Made by a program: the position numbers and the translations under genes | Notes under the pieces: generated by a model | Seen by the model: only the letters and a program-made list of their open reading frames with translations | What the model was told of the DNA's origin: nothing | Databases searched by the model: none | In this document: positions 28,201-37,191 of the stretch, piece by piece | Layout of the letters: each line of letters opens with the position of its first letter | How positions within the stretch are numbered: the first letter of the stretch is position 1 | Assembly (NCBI GenBank): GCA_002787355.1 | Contig: PCWN01000007.1 | Coordinates: 184,996-248,995 of the forward strand | Reading direction: 5' to 3' | From: Candidatus Magasanikbacteria bacterium CG11_big_fil_rev_8_21_14_0_20_39_34 | GTDB taxonomy: Bacteria; Patescibacteriota; Patescibacteriia; Magasanikbacterales; UBA922 | DNA: 64,000 nucleotides

Positions 28201-28656
28201 ATGCATAAGCGCATAATACATTTCTTTTGGTCCAATAGGCTGCAATTTGTACGGTACTTTTTTGTTGGTGTTTCAGGAGCCGTTATAGATATTGGGACTC
28301 TGATCCTATTTAAGGACCAATTTGGTTGGAATCCTACACTTTCTGTTGTACTCAACCAGCTTCTTATCATTGCCTATAACTTTAACCTGAATAAGTATTG
28401 GTCATTTAAAAATAGGGAACTCCCGCACAAGCAGTTTGTCCGATATATGATACTTGTGGGGGGAAATTACCTTCTTGCCATTACTATTATGTATTTTTTT
28501 AATGAAATTCTTGGTTTTGATGCTGTTTTTGTACGTATTTTTTCTATTGGACTCTCCGTTGCTTGGAACTTCCCCCTCTTTCGGAAATGGGTATATAAGG
28601 AGAGACATGTGTATAACTCCATTGACCCCAAAGAAGGAATAGGGTACAATGAATAA
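28201..28656 (+). CDS. GtrA family membrane protein
   Basis: QFVRYFFVG, NFNLNKYWSF, WNFPLFRKWVY. Confidence 0.88.
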   Translation: MHKRIIHFFWSNRLQFVRYFFVGVSGAVIDIGTLILFKDQFGWNPTLSVVLNQLLIIAYNFNLNKYWSFKNRELPHKQFVRYMILVGGNYLLAITIMYFFNEILGFDAVFVRIFSIGLSVAWNFPLFRKWVYKERHVYNSIDPKEGIGYNE

Positions 28657-28757
28657 AAATATAGCTAATTTTAGACCTATTTTATTCAAAAAAAAATCAA
28701 AATGAGGTTCTTGACATACAAGAATAAGTTTTGTATAATATCCGCGGATCAAAAAAC

Positions 28758-28973
28758 ATGCCAAAAAATGAAGCTATAGAAGTTCGAGGAACAATCCAGG
28801 AACTTCTACCAGGAACAAAATTCAGAATTCAACTTGAAAATGGCCTTGAAATAATAGGACATTTATCAGGAAAGATGCGAATGCACAGTATACGATTGAG
28901 TGTTGGCGATGAGGTGAAGGTTGAACTTTCGCCATATGATCTTACAAAAGGACGAATAACCTATCGTTTCTAA
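28758..28973 (+). CDS. infA: Translation initiation factor IF-1
   Basis: [22 protein letters not shown]. Promoter TTGACA-17-TATAAT upstream. Confidence 0.97.
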   Translation: MPKNEAIEVRGTIQELLPGTKFRIQLENGLEIIGHLSGKMRMHSIRLSVGDEVKVELSPYDLTKGRITYRF

Positions 28974-28985
28974 AATCAACATTAT

Positions 28986-29053
28986 ATATCAGCCAGTGCG
29001 GTGGAGCTATTCCCAAGTAGGAAAAGCTAAGATATCGCGGCAGTGGTTGATAT
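28986..29053 (+). promoter_or_regulatory. Structured intercistronic RNA ahead of the rpmJ/alpha operon
   Basis: Nested helices ATATCAGCCA/TGGTTGATAT, TGCGGTG/TATCGCG, AGCT/AGCT, TTCC/GGAA; followed by a T run. Confidence 0.55.
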
Positions 29054-29070
29054 TTTTTATTTTATAAAAT

Positions 29071-29211
29071 ATGAAAGTTCAGGCGTCTGTAAAAACCCGG
29101 TGTAAAAAATGTAAAGTAGTACGTCGTCAGGGTGTGCTGTATGTTATTTGTGAGAACCCAAGACACAAACAAAGACAGGGTAATAAACAAAGAAAAAAAG
29201 CAATAGCTTAA
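29071..29211 (+). CDS. rpmJ: 50S ribosomal protein L36 (absent from the ORF track; 9-aa C-terminal extension)
   Basis: Hand translation: [46 protein letters not shown]. Confidence 0.95.
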   Translation: MKVQASVKTRCKKCKVVRRQGVLYVICENPRHKQRQGNKQRKKAIA

Positions 29212-29223
29212 CAAAAGTATACT

Positions 29224-29610
29224 ATGAGAGTATCAGGAATTACAATTCCAAAGCAAAAGCAAGTGCATATCGCGCTTACCTATGTTTATGGTATTGGACC
29301 AACTAGTGCAAAGAAAATACTTGCTCAAGCAAAAGTAGCAGAAGATATTCGTGTAAAAGATCTGACTCAGGAGCAAGAGGATGCAATCCGAAGTATCGTT
29401 GAAAAAGATTACACCACAGAAGGAAATCTTCGACGAGAAGTGACTGCAAATATTAAGCGTCTTAAGGATATTAAATCTCACCGTGGTACACGACATATCA
29501 AGAGACTTCCGGTAAGAGGACAAAGAACAAAGACCAACTCACGTACCGTTCGTGGAAACAAACGAAACATGGCAGTAAGTGGGAAAAAACCTGCAGCGCA
29601 GAAAACTTAA
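29224..29610 (+). CDS. rpsM: 30S ribosomal protein S13
   Basis: [23 protein letters not shown]. Confidence 0.98.
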   Translation: MRVSGITIPKQKQVHIALTYVYGIGPTSAKKILAQAKVAEDIRVKDLTQEQEDAIRSIVEKDYTTEGNLRREVTANIKRLKDIKSHRGTRHIKRLPVRGQRTKTNSRTVRGNKRNMAVSGKKPAAQKT

Positions 29611-29637
29611 AACTCCGATATAAGGTGAATTTTCACT

Positions 29638-30030
29638 ATGGCAAAAGCAATAAAAAAGACAAAAAAGAAAAAAGTAATCCAGGCGGTTTCCCATGGTCAT
29701 GCTTATATTCAAGCCACTTTCAATAATACTATTGTAAGTGTTACAGACCAACAGGGGAATGTTCTTGGTTGGGCAAGTGCTGGTATGGTAGGTTTTAAGG
29801 GGCCAAAGAAGGCTACTCCATATGCTGCACAGCTTATTGTAAAGAAAGTACTTGATAATATTAAGCAGTACGGTCTCAAAGATGTAAACATTTTTGTAAA
29901 AGGAATTGGTGGTGGACGAGAAGGAGCAATCCGAGCTTTCAATGGAAATGGACTGAATGTTCTTTCTATTAAGGATGTAACTCCAATCCCACATAATGGA
30001 TGCCGTCCTTCAAAGAGAAGACGTTGCTAA
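29638..30030 (+). CDS. rpsK: 30S ribosomal protein S11
   Basis: [25 protein letters not shown]. Confidence 0.98.
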   Translation: MAKAIKKTKKKKVIQAVSHGHAYIQATFNNTIVSVTDQQGNVLGWASAGMVGFKGPKKATPYAAQLIVKKVLDNIKQYGLKDVNIFVKGIGGGREGAIRAFNGNGLNVLSIKDVTPIPHNGCRPSKRRRC

Positions 30031-30059
30031 GGTTCTGCTGTAATTAATATTAAATTTCT

Positions 30060-30683
30060 ATGGGAAGATATATTGGTCCAAAAAATAAAATTGCTCGTAA
30101 GTTTGGAGTAAATCTTGGACTCAAAACAAATGCAAGCAAAGTAGCACGAAGGCTTAATCAGACTCCGGGTGTTCAGGGTGTAAACAAAAAAAGAAAGTCA
30201 CTTTCTAGTTTCGGTAAGCAGCTCTTGGAAAAACAAAAAGCAAAGTTTCTTTATGGTTTGCGTGAGCAACAATTTCGCAAATATGTAACTGAAGCGAATC
30301 GTTTGACAGGAGATTCAGGACAAAACCTTTTGGTATTGTTGGAAAGACGCCTAGATAACGTAATTTACCGTCTTGGACTAGGAAATACACGTGCTCAGGC
30401 AAGACAAATGGTATCTCATGGAATGTTTACCGTTAATGGTAAAAAAATGAACATTCCTTCATATCTTGTAAAAGTGGGTGACGTGATTGAGGTTAAGGCA
30501 AATAAGAAAAAAGCAAAATTATTTGAAAATATTGAAGAGCGCATTGCAGGAGTAGAAGCGCCATCATGGTTGACATTGGACGTGAAAAAACTTGAGGGTA
30601 AAGTAGTAAGTTTCCCTCTTGAGGATGATCTGGAAAAAGTATTCAGTGTACAGTTTATTATTGAATACTATTCAACACGTTAA
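30060..30683 (+). CDS. rpsD: 30S ribosomal protein S4
   Basis: QLLEKQK, LERRLDNVIYRLG, ARQMVSHG. Confidence 0.98.
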   Translation: MGRYIGPKNKIARKFGVNLGLKTNASKVARRLNQTPGVQGVNKKRKSLSSFGKQLLEKQKAKFLYGLREQQFRKYVTEANRLTGDSGQNLLVLLERRLDNVIYRLGLGNTRAQARQMVSHGMFTVNGKKMNIPSYLVKVGDVIEVKANKKKAKLFENIEERIAGVEAPSWLTLDVKKLEGKVVSFPLEDDLEKVFSVQFIIEYYSTR

Positions 30684-30721
30684 TTAAATTTTTCAATCCC
30701 CCTTACTTTTTTCATATTTCT

Positions 30722-31417
30722 ATGGAAAACATTTTTCAAACTGTATCAGTGGATTACATTGATACAGACAAAAAAAACGTCGGTCAAGTGGTAATAAGCC
30801 CTTGTAATAAAGGTTTTGGTACCACTGTCGGAAATGCACTAAGACGTGTGCTTCTTTCTTCTCTGCCCGGAGCAGCTATTGAGTCTGTGAAGATAGAGGG
30901 AGTACAGCACGAGTTTTCCGCTATTGAGGGTGTAAAGGAAGATATGATTCAGGTTATTTTGAACCTGAAGCAAATTGCGCTCAAGTCTCACTCTGAAGAG
31001 AAGGTTACTTTAACCCTTACAAAAAAAGGGAAAGGACCCGTAACCGTAGGAGATTTTGACAAAAATTCAGATATCGAAATTATCGACGAAGATTTCGTTA
31101 TTGCCAATGTTACCGACGACAATAAAAAGTTTGTGATGGAGGTAACTATTGGAACTGGACACGGATATGTTCCTGTTTCTGAGAAAGATACTCAGAATCT
31201 GGATCTTGGAAATATTGCAATTGATTCCATTTATACACCAATACGAGACGTTGGCTACAAAGTAGAAATGACTCGTGTAGGTGATGTAACTGACTTTGAG
31301 AAACTTACGATTACCGTAGAGACCAATGGTACGATTTCACCAAAGGACGCTATTACGGAATCTTCAAAGATTCTTATGGATCATTTTAGTTGGATAATTG
31401 ATGCAGCAAAGGCTTAA
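30722..31417 (+). CDS. rpoA: RNA polymerase alpha subunit, N-terminal domain only
   Basis: GFGTTVGNALRRVLLSSLPG, HEFSAIEGVKED, TNGTISP; stops at 231 aa. Confidence 0.96.
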   Translation: MENIFQTVSVDYIDTDKKNVGQVVISPCNKGFGTTVGNALRRVLLSSLPGAAIESVKIEGVQHEFSAIEGVKEDMIQVILNLKQIALKSHSEEKVTLTLTKKGKGPVTVGDFDKNSDIEIIDEDFVIANVTDDNKKFVMEVTIGTGHGYVPVSEKDTQNLDLGNIAIDSIYTPIRDVGYKVEMTRVGDVTDFEKLTITVETNGTISPKDAITESSKILMDHFSWIIDAAKA

Positions 31418-31428
31418 TAGTTAAGTAT

Positions 31429-31782
31429 ATGAGACACAATAATAAAAAAGTAACATTGGGACGTGTAAAAGCACAGCGAGAAGCTCTTATGAGAAATCTT
31501 GCTGAGAGTTTGGTTTTGCATGGTGCCATTACAACAACGGTAGCAAAAGCAAAGGCTTTGCGAAGTGTTGTAGAACCATTGGTAACAAAAGCAAAGAAAG
31601 GGACTGTTCCAGATAGAAGAAACATCATGAAGGTTCTCTATACACAACAGGCTGTAAATAAGCTTATTCATGATATTGCACCTAAATTTTCAGATCGACT
31701 TGGTGGATATACACGAATTACGAAGCTTGGTGCAAGAAAAAATGATGGAGCCCCAATTGCTAAAATTGAATTTGTAGACTAA
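31429..31782 (+). CDS. rplQ: 50S ribosomal protein L17
   Basis: MRH, ITTTVAKAK, GGYTRITK. Confidence 0.98.
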   Translation: MRHNNKKVTLGRVKAQREALMRNLAESLVLHGAITTTVAKAKALRSVVEPLVTKAKKGTVPDRRNIMKVLYTQQAVNKLIHDIAPKFSDRLGGYTRITKLGARKNDGAPIAKIEFVD

Positions 31783-31783
31783 T

Positions 31784-32137
31784 ATGACCAACAGAACAAA
31801 GCATACAATAGATGCAACAGATCAAGCGGTAGGACGTGTCGCAACACAAGCAGCAGTTCTTCTTCGTGGAAAAAATAAGGCAACCTTTGTTCCTTATCTT
31901 GACGAAGGGGATACTGTGGAGATTGTGAACGCTTCAAAAGTGAAGTTTACTGGAAACAAGTTAGTTCAAAAAGATTATTTTCACCATACTCAACATCCAG
32001 GTGGTTTGAAGCAAATTTCAATGAAAAAGGTTTTTGAAAAAGATCCTGCGGAAGTAATGAAAAAGGCTGTGATGGGAATGCTTCCAAAAAATAAATTAAG
32101 AAGCCACATGATGAAACGTCTTATCGTTAAGGCATAG
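31784..32137 (+). CDS. rplM: 50S ribosomal protein L13
   Basis: IDATDQAVGR, LRGKNK, GMLPKNKL. Confidence 0.97.
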   Translation: MTNRTKHTIDATDQAVGRVATQAAVLLRGKNKATFVPYLDEGDTVEIVNASKVKFTGNKLVQKDYFHHTQHPGGLKQISMKKVFEKDPAEVMKKAVMGMLPKNKLRSHMMKRLIVKA

Positions 32138-32155
32138 TTATTATAAATATTGTTT

Positions 32156-32563
32156 ATGTCAGTTGATACCACTGTACAATCAAAGGAACGAGCTGTAGGC
32201 CGACGAAAGACAGCAGCAGCACGTGTTCAAGTTCTTAAGGGAAAAGGTTCCATTGTAATCAATGGAAAAGAATTAAAGGCCTATTTTCCACATGTTTTGT
32301 TGCAACAAACAGTTCTTGCCCCATTGGCACTTACAGGAAGAGAGGCTACTTTGGATATTTCCGTTAAGGTTGCCGGTGGTGGAAAGGCAGGACAGGCCGA
32401 GGCCATTCGACATGGAATTGCCCGTGCACTTATTCAGTGGGATGAGGCTTTAAAACCAGTTTTGAAAGCAGAAGGATACTTAACTCGTGATCCAAGAGCA
32501 AAAGAAAGAAAGAAATTTGGAAGACGTCGTGCTCGTCGTGGTCATCAATGGAGAAAACGTTAA
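32156..32563 (+). CDS. rpsI: 30S ribosomal protein S9
   Basis: GRRKTAAARV, GGGKAGQAEAIRHGIARAL, ERKKFG. Confidence 0.98.
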   Translation: MSVDTTVQSKERAVGRRKTAAARVQVLKGKGSIVINGKELKAYFPHVLLQQTVLAPLALTGREATLDISVKVAGGGKAGQAEAIRHGIARALIQWDEALKPVLKAEGYLTRDPRAKERKKFGRRRARRGHQWRKR

Positions 32564-32580
32564 TTATTGTATTCCTTTTA

Positions 32581-32610
32581 CAGCGCCAAACCTTGGGCGC
32601 TGTTTTTTTT
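32581..32610 (+). terminator. Intrinsic terminator of the ribosomal protein operon
   Basis: CAGCGCC...GGCGCTG followed by a T run. Confidence 0.7.
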
Positions 32611-32654
32611 GTTTTTATTCAAGTTTTAAGGTAAAATAGAAGGGAAAGTATTGT

Positions 32655-34079
32655 ATGTCTATTGCAAAAAATACAACTTTTATGACTCTGGCGTCCATCA
32701 TGCAAAAGGTGGTTGCTTTTGTGTACTTTACAATCATTGCCCGTCACATTGGTGCAGAGGAAACAGGAAAGTATTTTTTTGCTCTTTCCTTTACCACAGT
32801 TTTTGTCATTTTTATCGATCTTGGTTTTACCAATGTACTTATTCGTGAGGTCTCTCGGGTGAAAGAAAAAATTCAAGAATATTTTTCAACTGTGCTTGCT
32901 TTTAAAATGATCCTAGGGATACTTATATATGGGATATGTGTAAGCTTTATATATTTCCTAGGATATGAAACAGACGTAGCACATCTTGTCTACCTTTCTG
33001 CGGTCACCATGTTGTTTGATACGTTACATCTTACCGTTTATGGAACCATGCGTTCACTGGGAAACCTTAAATATGAGGCAATTGGAATTGTGGGAAGTCA
33101 AACACTTACCCTCATACTTGGTACAACATTTTTGCTTTTGCATTTTTCTCTTATTTGGCTGATTGCTGCATTCACTATACCAAGCTTCTGTAATCTTCTC
33201 TATGCAAGCTTTATTTTGTATAAAAAATTTCATATTACTTTTCGGCCTCAATTTTCAAAAAAAACCTTCATGTATTTGGGAAAAATTGCCATTCCATTTG
33301 CTCTATCGGCTGTTTTTGCACGGCTTTACTCTTACATGGATACGCTTCTTTTAAAAGAATTTGCTGGAAATACTGCTGTGGGTTGGTATAGTATCCCATA
33401 TAAAATTACCTTTGCATTTCAGTTTATTCCACTTGCTCTTTTGGCAGCAATGTATCCCAAGTTCAGTGAATATTTTATTCATGATAGAAAAAAATTAGTT
33501 TCTGTCTTTGAGCAGAGTATTAAGTATCTTTTAATTGTGGCTTTCCCTATTGCCATTGGAATTGCCATACTGGCGCAAGACATTATCCTCACTGTCTATA
33601 CAAAAGAATATATGCCGTCTATTTTGCCACTGCGTATACTTATTATAAGCCTTGTTTTTTCATACCTAAGTTTTCCTTTAAGTTCATTTTTAAATGCATG
33701 TAACCGTCAGGTAACTCAAACTTGGATCATTGGTTCTGTAACACTTATAAATATTCTTCTCAATCTCTTCTTTATCCCAAAGTTTGGCGCCACGGGAGCA
33801 GCTCTTGCGGCTTTTACAGGAAATTTTTTATTGGCTTTTCTTGGGTTTTTGTTTGTTCCACAAATTATTACACTTTCAAAAAATTTTTTATTTTTAAATA
33901 TCTCAAAAATATTTTTTTCAGCTGCTGTTATGGGAGGGGTGGTGTGGTTGGCCAATCAGTATGTCCACTTTCTTCTCGCAATTGTTGTAGGAGTAGTTGT
34001 CTATCCACTTTGTTTGCTTGCTACAAATACCGTAAACAAATCACAGATTAAAAATTTAATATTGCTTATCCGGAGTTAA
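32655..34079 (+). CDS. Wzx-type polysaccharide flippase
   Basis: IAKNT, DLGF, VGWYS, IPKFGATGAALA; about 12-14 TM. Confidence 0.88.
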   Translation: MSIAKNTTFMTLASIMQKVVAFVYFTIIARHIGAEETGKYFFALSFTTVFVIFIDLGFTNVLIREVSRVKEKIQEYFSTVLAFKMILGILIYGICVSFIYFLGYETDVAHLVYLSAVTMLFDTLHLTVYGTMRSLGNLKYEAIGIVGSQTLTLILGTTFLLLHFSLIWLIAAFTIPSFCNLLYASFILYKKFHITFRPQFSKKTFMYLGKIAIPFALSAVFARLYSYMDTLLLKEFAGNTAVGWYSIPYKITFAFQFIPLALLAAMYPKFSEYFIHDRKKLVSVFEQSIKYLLIVAFPIAIGIAILAQDIILTVYTKEYMPSILPLRILIISLVFSYLSFPLSSFLNACNRQVTQTWIIGSVTLINILLNLFFIPKFGATGAALAAFTGNFLLAFLGFLFVPQIITLSKNFLFLNISKIFFSAAVMGGVVWLANQYVHFLLAIVVGVVVYPLCLLATNTVNKSQIKNLILLIRS

Positions 34080-34115
34080 AATGATAAAATTTGTGACAAA
34101 CAATACTACCTTATT

Positions 34116-35255
34116 ATGAAAAATACACTCATTATTTCACTTGACTTTCCACCAACTATTGGAGGAATTGCATCTTACGTAGAACAAATTGCTGGGGAAT
34201 TTCCTCCAGAAAATTTTGTTATTCTTGCTCCCAAAACAAAAAATGCTTCCTATGACGACAAATTTTCCTTTACTGTAGAGCGTTTCAACCTTTTTTTCCC
34301 AAAGTTTCTTGCGCCACGTTGGTTACGCCTTTATTTTATTATAAAAAAACTTGTAAAGAAGTATGGGATTGAGATAATACATCTTCATCATGCTGCTCCA
34401 GTTGCTCTTGCTGCAAAAAGGATAAAGAAAAAATTAGGCGTGCCATATATGATTTTTTCTCATGGAACCGATATTGCAGCCGCTTCGAAAGGAAAATGGG
34501 GGAGGGCTTCGCTTATTGATGCCTGTATCCAAGCAGAGCAAGTTATTACAAACAGTAACTCTTTGGATAGACGTCTTGTAGCACAGTTTCAAACGCTTGA
34601 AAATAGGACAACTGTTTTATATCCATGTCCAGACAAGTCATTTTTAACCCCTCCTGAACAAGAAAAGGTAGACAAACTCAAAAGCCAGCTTGCTCTTGAA
34701 GGCAAGCGGGTAATTTTATCAATTGCACGTTTGGAGCATGGGAAAGGGTTTACTAACCTTACACGACACCTACCAGCTATTTTGGAGGAGGTTCCGAATT
34801 TAGTATGGATTATTGTAGGAGAAGGATCTCAAAAACAGAATCTATTAAAGATGGTCCAAAAATATTCTTTACAAAATATTGTACGTTTTATTGGACATGT
34901 TCCTCATGATGAAATAAAAACATATTACTATCTTTCAGATGTATTTATTCTCCTGACACACCCATATCAGGGAATGGAAGAGGGACTTGGGTTAGTGTTT
35001 TTAGAGGCTTCCGCAACCGGTATTCCTATGATTGCAGGAATGAGTGGTGGAGTTGAGGAGGCTGTGATTCATGAAAAGACTGGTTTAGTAGTGGATACTT
35101 ATAATGAAACTCAAGTAAAAGAGGCAATTGCACGTCTTCTAAAAGATGAGAAGTATGCCTCAGCTCTCGGGAAAGCCGCACAACAACGAATAATAAAAGA
35201 CTTTTCGTGGGAGAAACAACTTGAAAAACTTCGTCCATGGATGTTTGAAGAATAA
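34116..35255 (+). CDS. Glycosyltransferase family 4 (PimB-like)
   Basis: DFPPTIGGI, EGLGLVFLEASATG, SGGVEEAV. Confidence 0.92.
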   Translation: MKNTLIISLDFPPTIGGIASYVEQIAGEFPPENFVILAPKTKNASYDDKFSFTVERFNLFFPKFLAPRWLRLYFIIKKLVKKYGIEIIHLHHAAPVALAAKRIKKKLGVPYMIFSHGTDIAAASKGKWGRASLIDACIQAEQVITNSNSLDRRLVAQFQTLENRTTVLYPCPDKSFLTPPEQEKVDKLKSQLALEGKRVILSIARLEHGKGFTNLTRHLPAILEEVPNLVWIIVGEGSQKQNLLKMVQKYSLQNIVRFIGHVPHDEIKTYYYLSDVFILLTHPYQGMEEGLGLVFLEASATGIPMIAGMSGGVEEAVIHEKTGLVVDTYNETQVKEAIARLLKDEKYASALGKAAQQRIIKDFSWEKQLEKLRPWMFEE

Positions 35256-35265
35256 AATATACTGT

Positions 35266-36021
35266 ATGGTACAGAAGGAAAACCTTATTTCAGTGATTAT
35301 CCCAGTTTATAACCGTTTTGAGGAGCTTCTGCTGGCCTTGCAGTCCTTGAGTCAGCAAACGTATAGGCATTTTGAGATTATACTGGTAGATGATGGTTCA
35401 CAAGGAGAAATTCAGGAAGTTATTGATAAGGCCCACGGTTGGGGCATTTCTTGTGATCCGCAAGGAAATAGTATTTTACTAAAACTTATAAAGCAAAAAA
35501 ATCAAGGAGCCGCTATTGCGCGTAATGTGGGTTTTCAGGCATCACAGGGAAGTTATGTTATTTTTTGGGATGCAGATATTCTTGGTGGAGCAAATATGCT
35601 TGAAGAAATGAGTAATGTCTTAGATAGTCGTCAAGAGATAGATTTTGTATACAGTAATTTTTATTTTGGAAAAAAAAGAATGCCCGCAAGGGAATTTGAT
35701 GGGCACGCACTAATGAAAGGAAACTATATTGCCATTGCCACACTTTTGAGAAGGGAAATTTTTGTTGGATTTGATGAATCTCTTAGCCGGTTTCAGGATT
35801 GGGATCTTTGGCTTACTCTTTATGAAAATGGAAAAAAGGGTACTTGGATTAATAAGTACCTCTATCGTGCAATGGTAAGTACAAATGGAATAAGTAGTTG
35901 GCTTCCTCGTTTTGCATATTATTATCCTTTTTGTTTGCTTCCTGGAATACATAAAAAGGTTCGAGAATACAAGCTTCAAAAAGAAAAAATTATAAAAAAA
36001 CACCGTCTCTCAAAAAGTTAA
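35266..36021 (+). CDS. Glycosyltransferase family 2
   Basis: ISVIIPVYN, VDDGS, ARNVG, WDAD, QDWDLW. Confidence 0.92.
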   Translation: MVQKENLISVIIPVYNRFEELLLALQSLSQQTYRHFEIILVDDGSQGEIQEVIDKAHGWGISCDPQGNSILLKLIKQKNQGAAIARNVGFQASQGSYVIFWDADILGGANMLEEMSNVLDSRQEIDFVYSNFYFGKKRMPAREFDGHALMKGNYIAIATLLRREIFVGFDESLSRFQDWDLWLTLYENGKKGTWINKYLYRAMVSTNGISSWLPRFAYYYPFCLLPGIHKKVREYKLQKEKIIKKHRLSKS

Positions 36022-36713
36022 AAAATTTCAAAGAGTATTGATTTTGAATCTACACCGTTTTCTATGAGTGTAGAACGGACATCTTTGACCATATGTGGGT
36101 TTCCACAGATGTAGTAGGAATGATCTACAAGATCATGGAGAAGATGTTCGGTTACTCGTCCTCGAAGACCAGACCACTCTGTTTCTGGCTGAGAAAGTGC
36201 AATGTTGTACCTAAAGTTTGGAAAAGTGTCTTGAAGTTTTTTGAGTCTTTCTTGAAAAAAAATATCATTTTCATTACGAACTCCAAAAAGAAGTTCGATT
36301 TTTTTTGTATTTCTCTTATGCTCCAACTGGTCGCGTATCATACCCAAAATTGGGGCAAGGCCTGCACCAGTTGCAATGTAGAATTGATTTTGGTCATCTT
36401 TGGGTGTAAATCTTCCGCGTGGCTGTGAGATTTGAATACTATCGCCTATATCAAGAGTGGGGAGATAGAGGGATGCCGGGCCATTGAGTTCCTTGGGAAG
36501 GATTTTTATACAAAATTCAAGGTCAGGATCCTTTGGGGCAGAGGCTAAGGAATAGGAACGTTTTACCTGTGTATCATCTTTTGGGATAAAAAATTGGACA
36601 AATTGTCCTGCAAGGTAGGAGAATGCCTCTGGTTTTTCAAGATGCAGCTCCATAATATTGTGGTTGAGCATCTTTATTTCTCTAATTTTAGGTAAAAATG
36701 TTGTTTGTTCCAT
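36018..36713 (-). CDS. FNR-family FAD/NAD(P)H oxidoreductase
   Basis: AGQF, RSYS, ATGAGLAP, YICGNPHMV, C-terminal aromatic residue. Confidence 0.9.
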   Translation of the reverse strand: MEQTTFLPKIREIKMLNHNIMELHLEKPEAFSYLAGQFVQFFIPKDDTQVKRSYSLASAPKDPDLEFCIKILPKELNGPASLYLPTLDIGDSIQISQPRGRFTPKDDQNQFYIATGAGLAPILGMIRDQLEHKRNTKKIELLFGVRNENDIFFQERLKKLQDTFPNFRYNIALSQPETEWSGLRGRVTEHLLHDLVDHSYYICGNPHMVKDVRSTLIENGVDSKSILFEIF

Positions 36714-36715
36714 AC

Positions 36716-36760
36716 TTGACCAAAAGGAAATTTTCTGATATCATACCAAAAAAGTATGAT
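36716..36760 (+). promoter_or_regulatory. SUF operon promoter with overlapping inverted repeat (candidate Rrf2 operator)
   Basis: TTGACC-17-TATCAT; ATCATAC-N7-GTATGAT at 36740-36760. Confidence 0.55.
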
Positions 36761-36780
36761 TTAATCAATATATTTTCAGA

Positions 36781-37191
36781 ATGATTAAATTTTCAAAAGA
36801 AACCGACTATGCGCTTCAGCTTCTTGAACAACTTTCCAAAAGCGAAAGTGTTTTAAGTTTGGCTGAATTCTCAGCAAACAGTAACATATCTTTGCCAATT
36901 TTGCAAAAGATAGCGCGAAGTTTAAAAAAGGATAGGCTTATTGTAGCTCATCGTGGAAAGAATGGGGGATATACCATTGCACGCCCAATAGAAAAGATTT
37001 CCCTCAAAGATGTAGTTTCTGCAATGCAGATGGAATATGGGGTAACTGAATGTACCAAGAAAGTTCATGGTTGTAAGCTTGAATCTCAATGTAATGCAAA
37101 AAGAGGTTTTGAACTTCTACATAGTCAGGTCAATGCAATTATGGAGTCTACGACACTTGATATATTTTTTCATACAGAACAACATGTATAA
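36781..37191 (+). CDS. Rrf2 family regulator (IscR-like, three Cys)
   Basis: TDYAL, RGKNGGY, ECTKKVHGCKLESQC. Confidence 0.9.
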   Translation: MIKFSKETDYALQLLEQLSKSESVLSLAEFSANSNISLPILQKIARSLKKDRLIVAHRGKNGGYTIARPIEKISLKDVVSAMQMEYGVTECTKKVHGCKLESQCNAKRGFELLHSQVNAIMESTTLDIFFHTEQHV

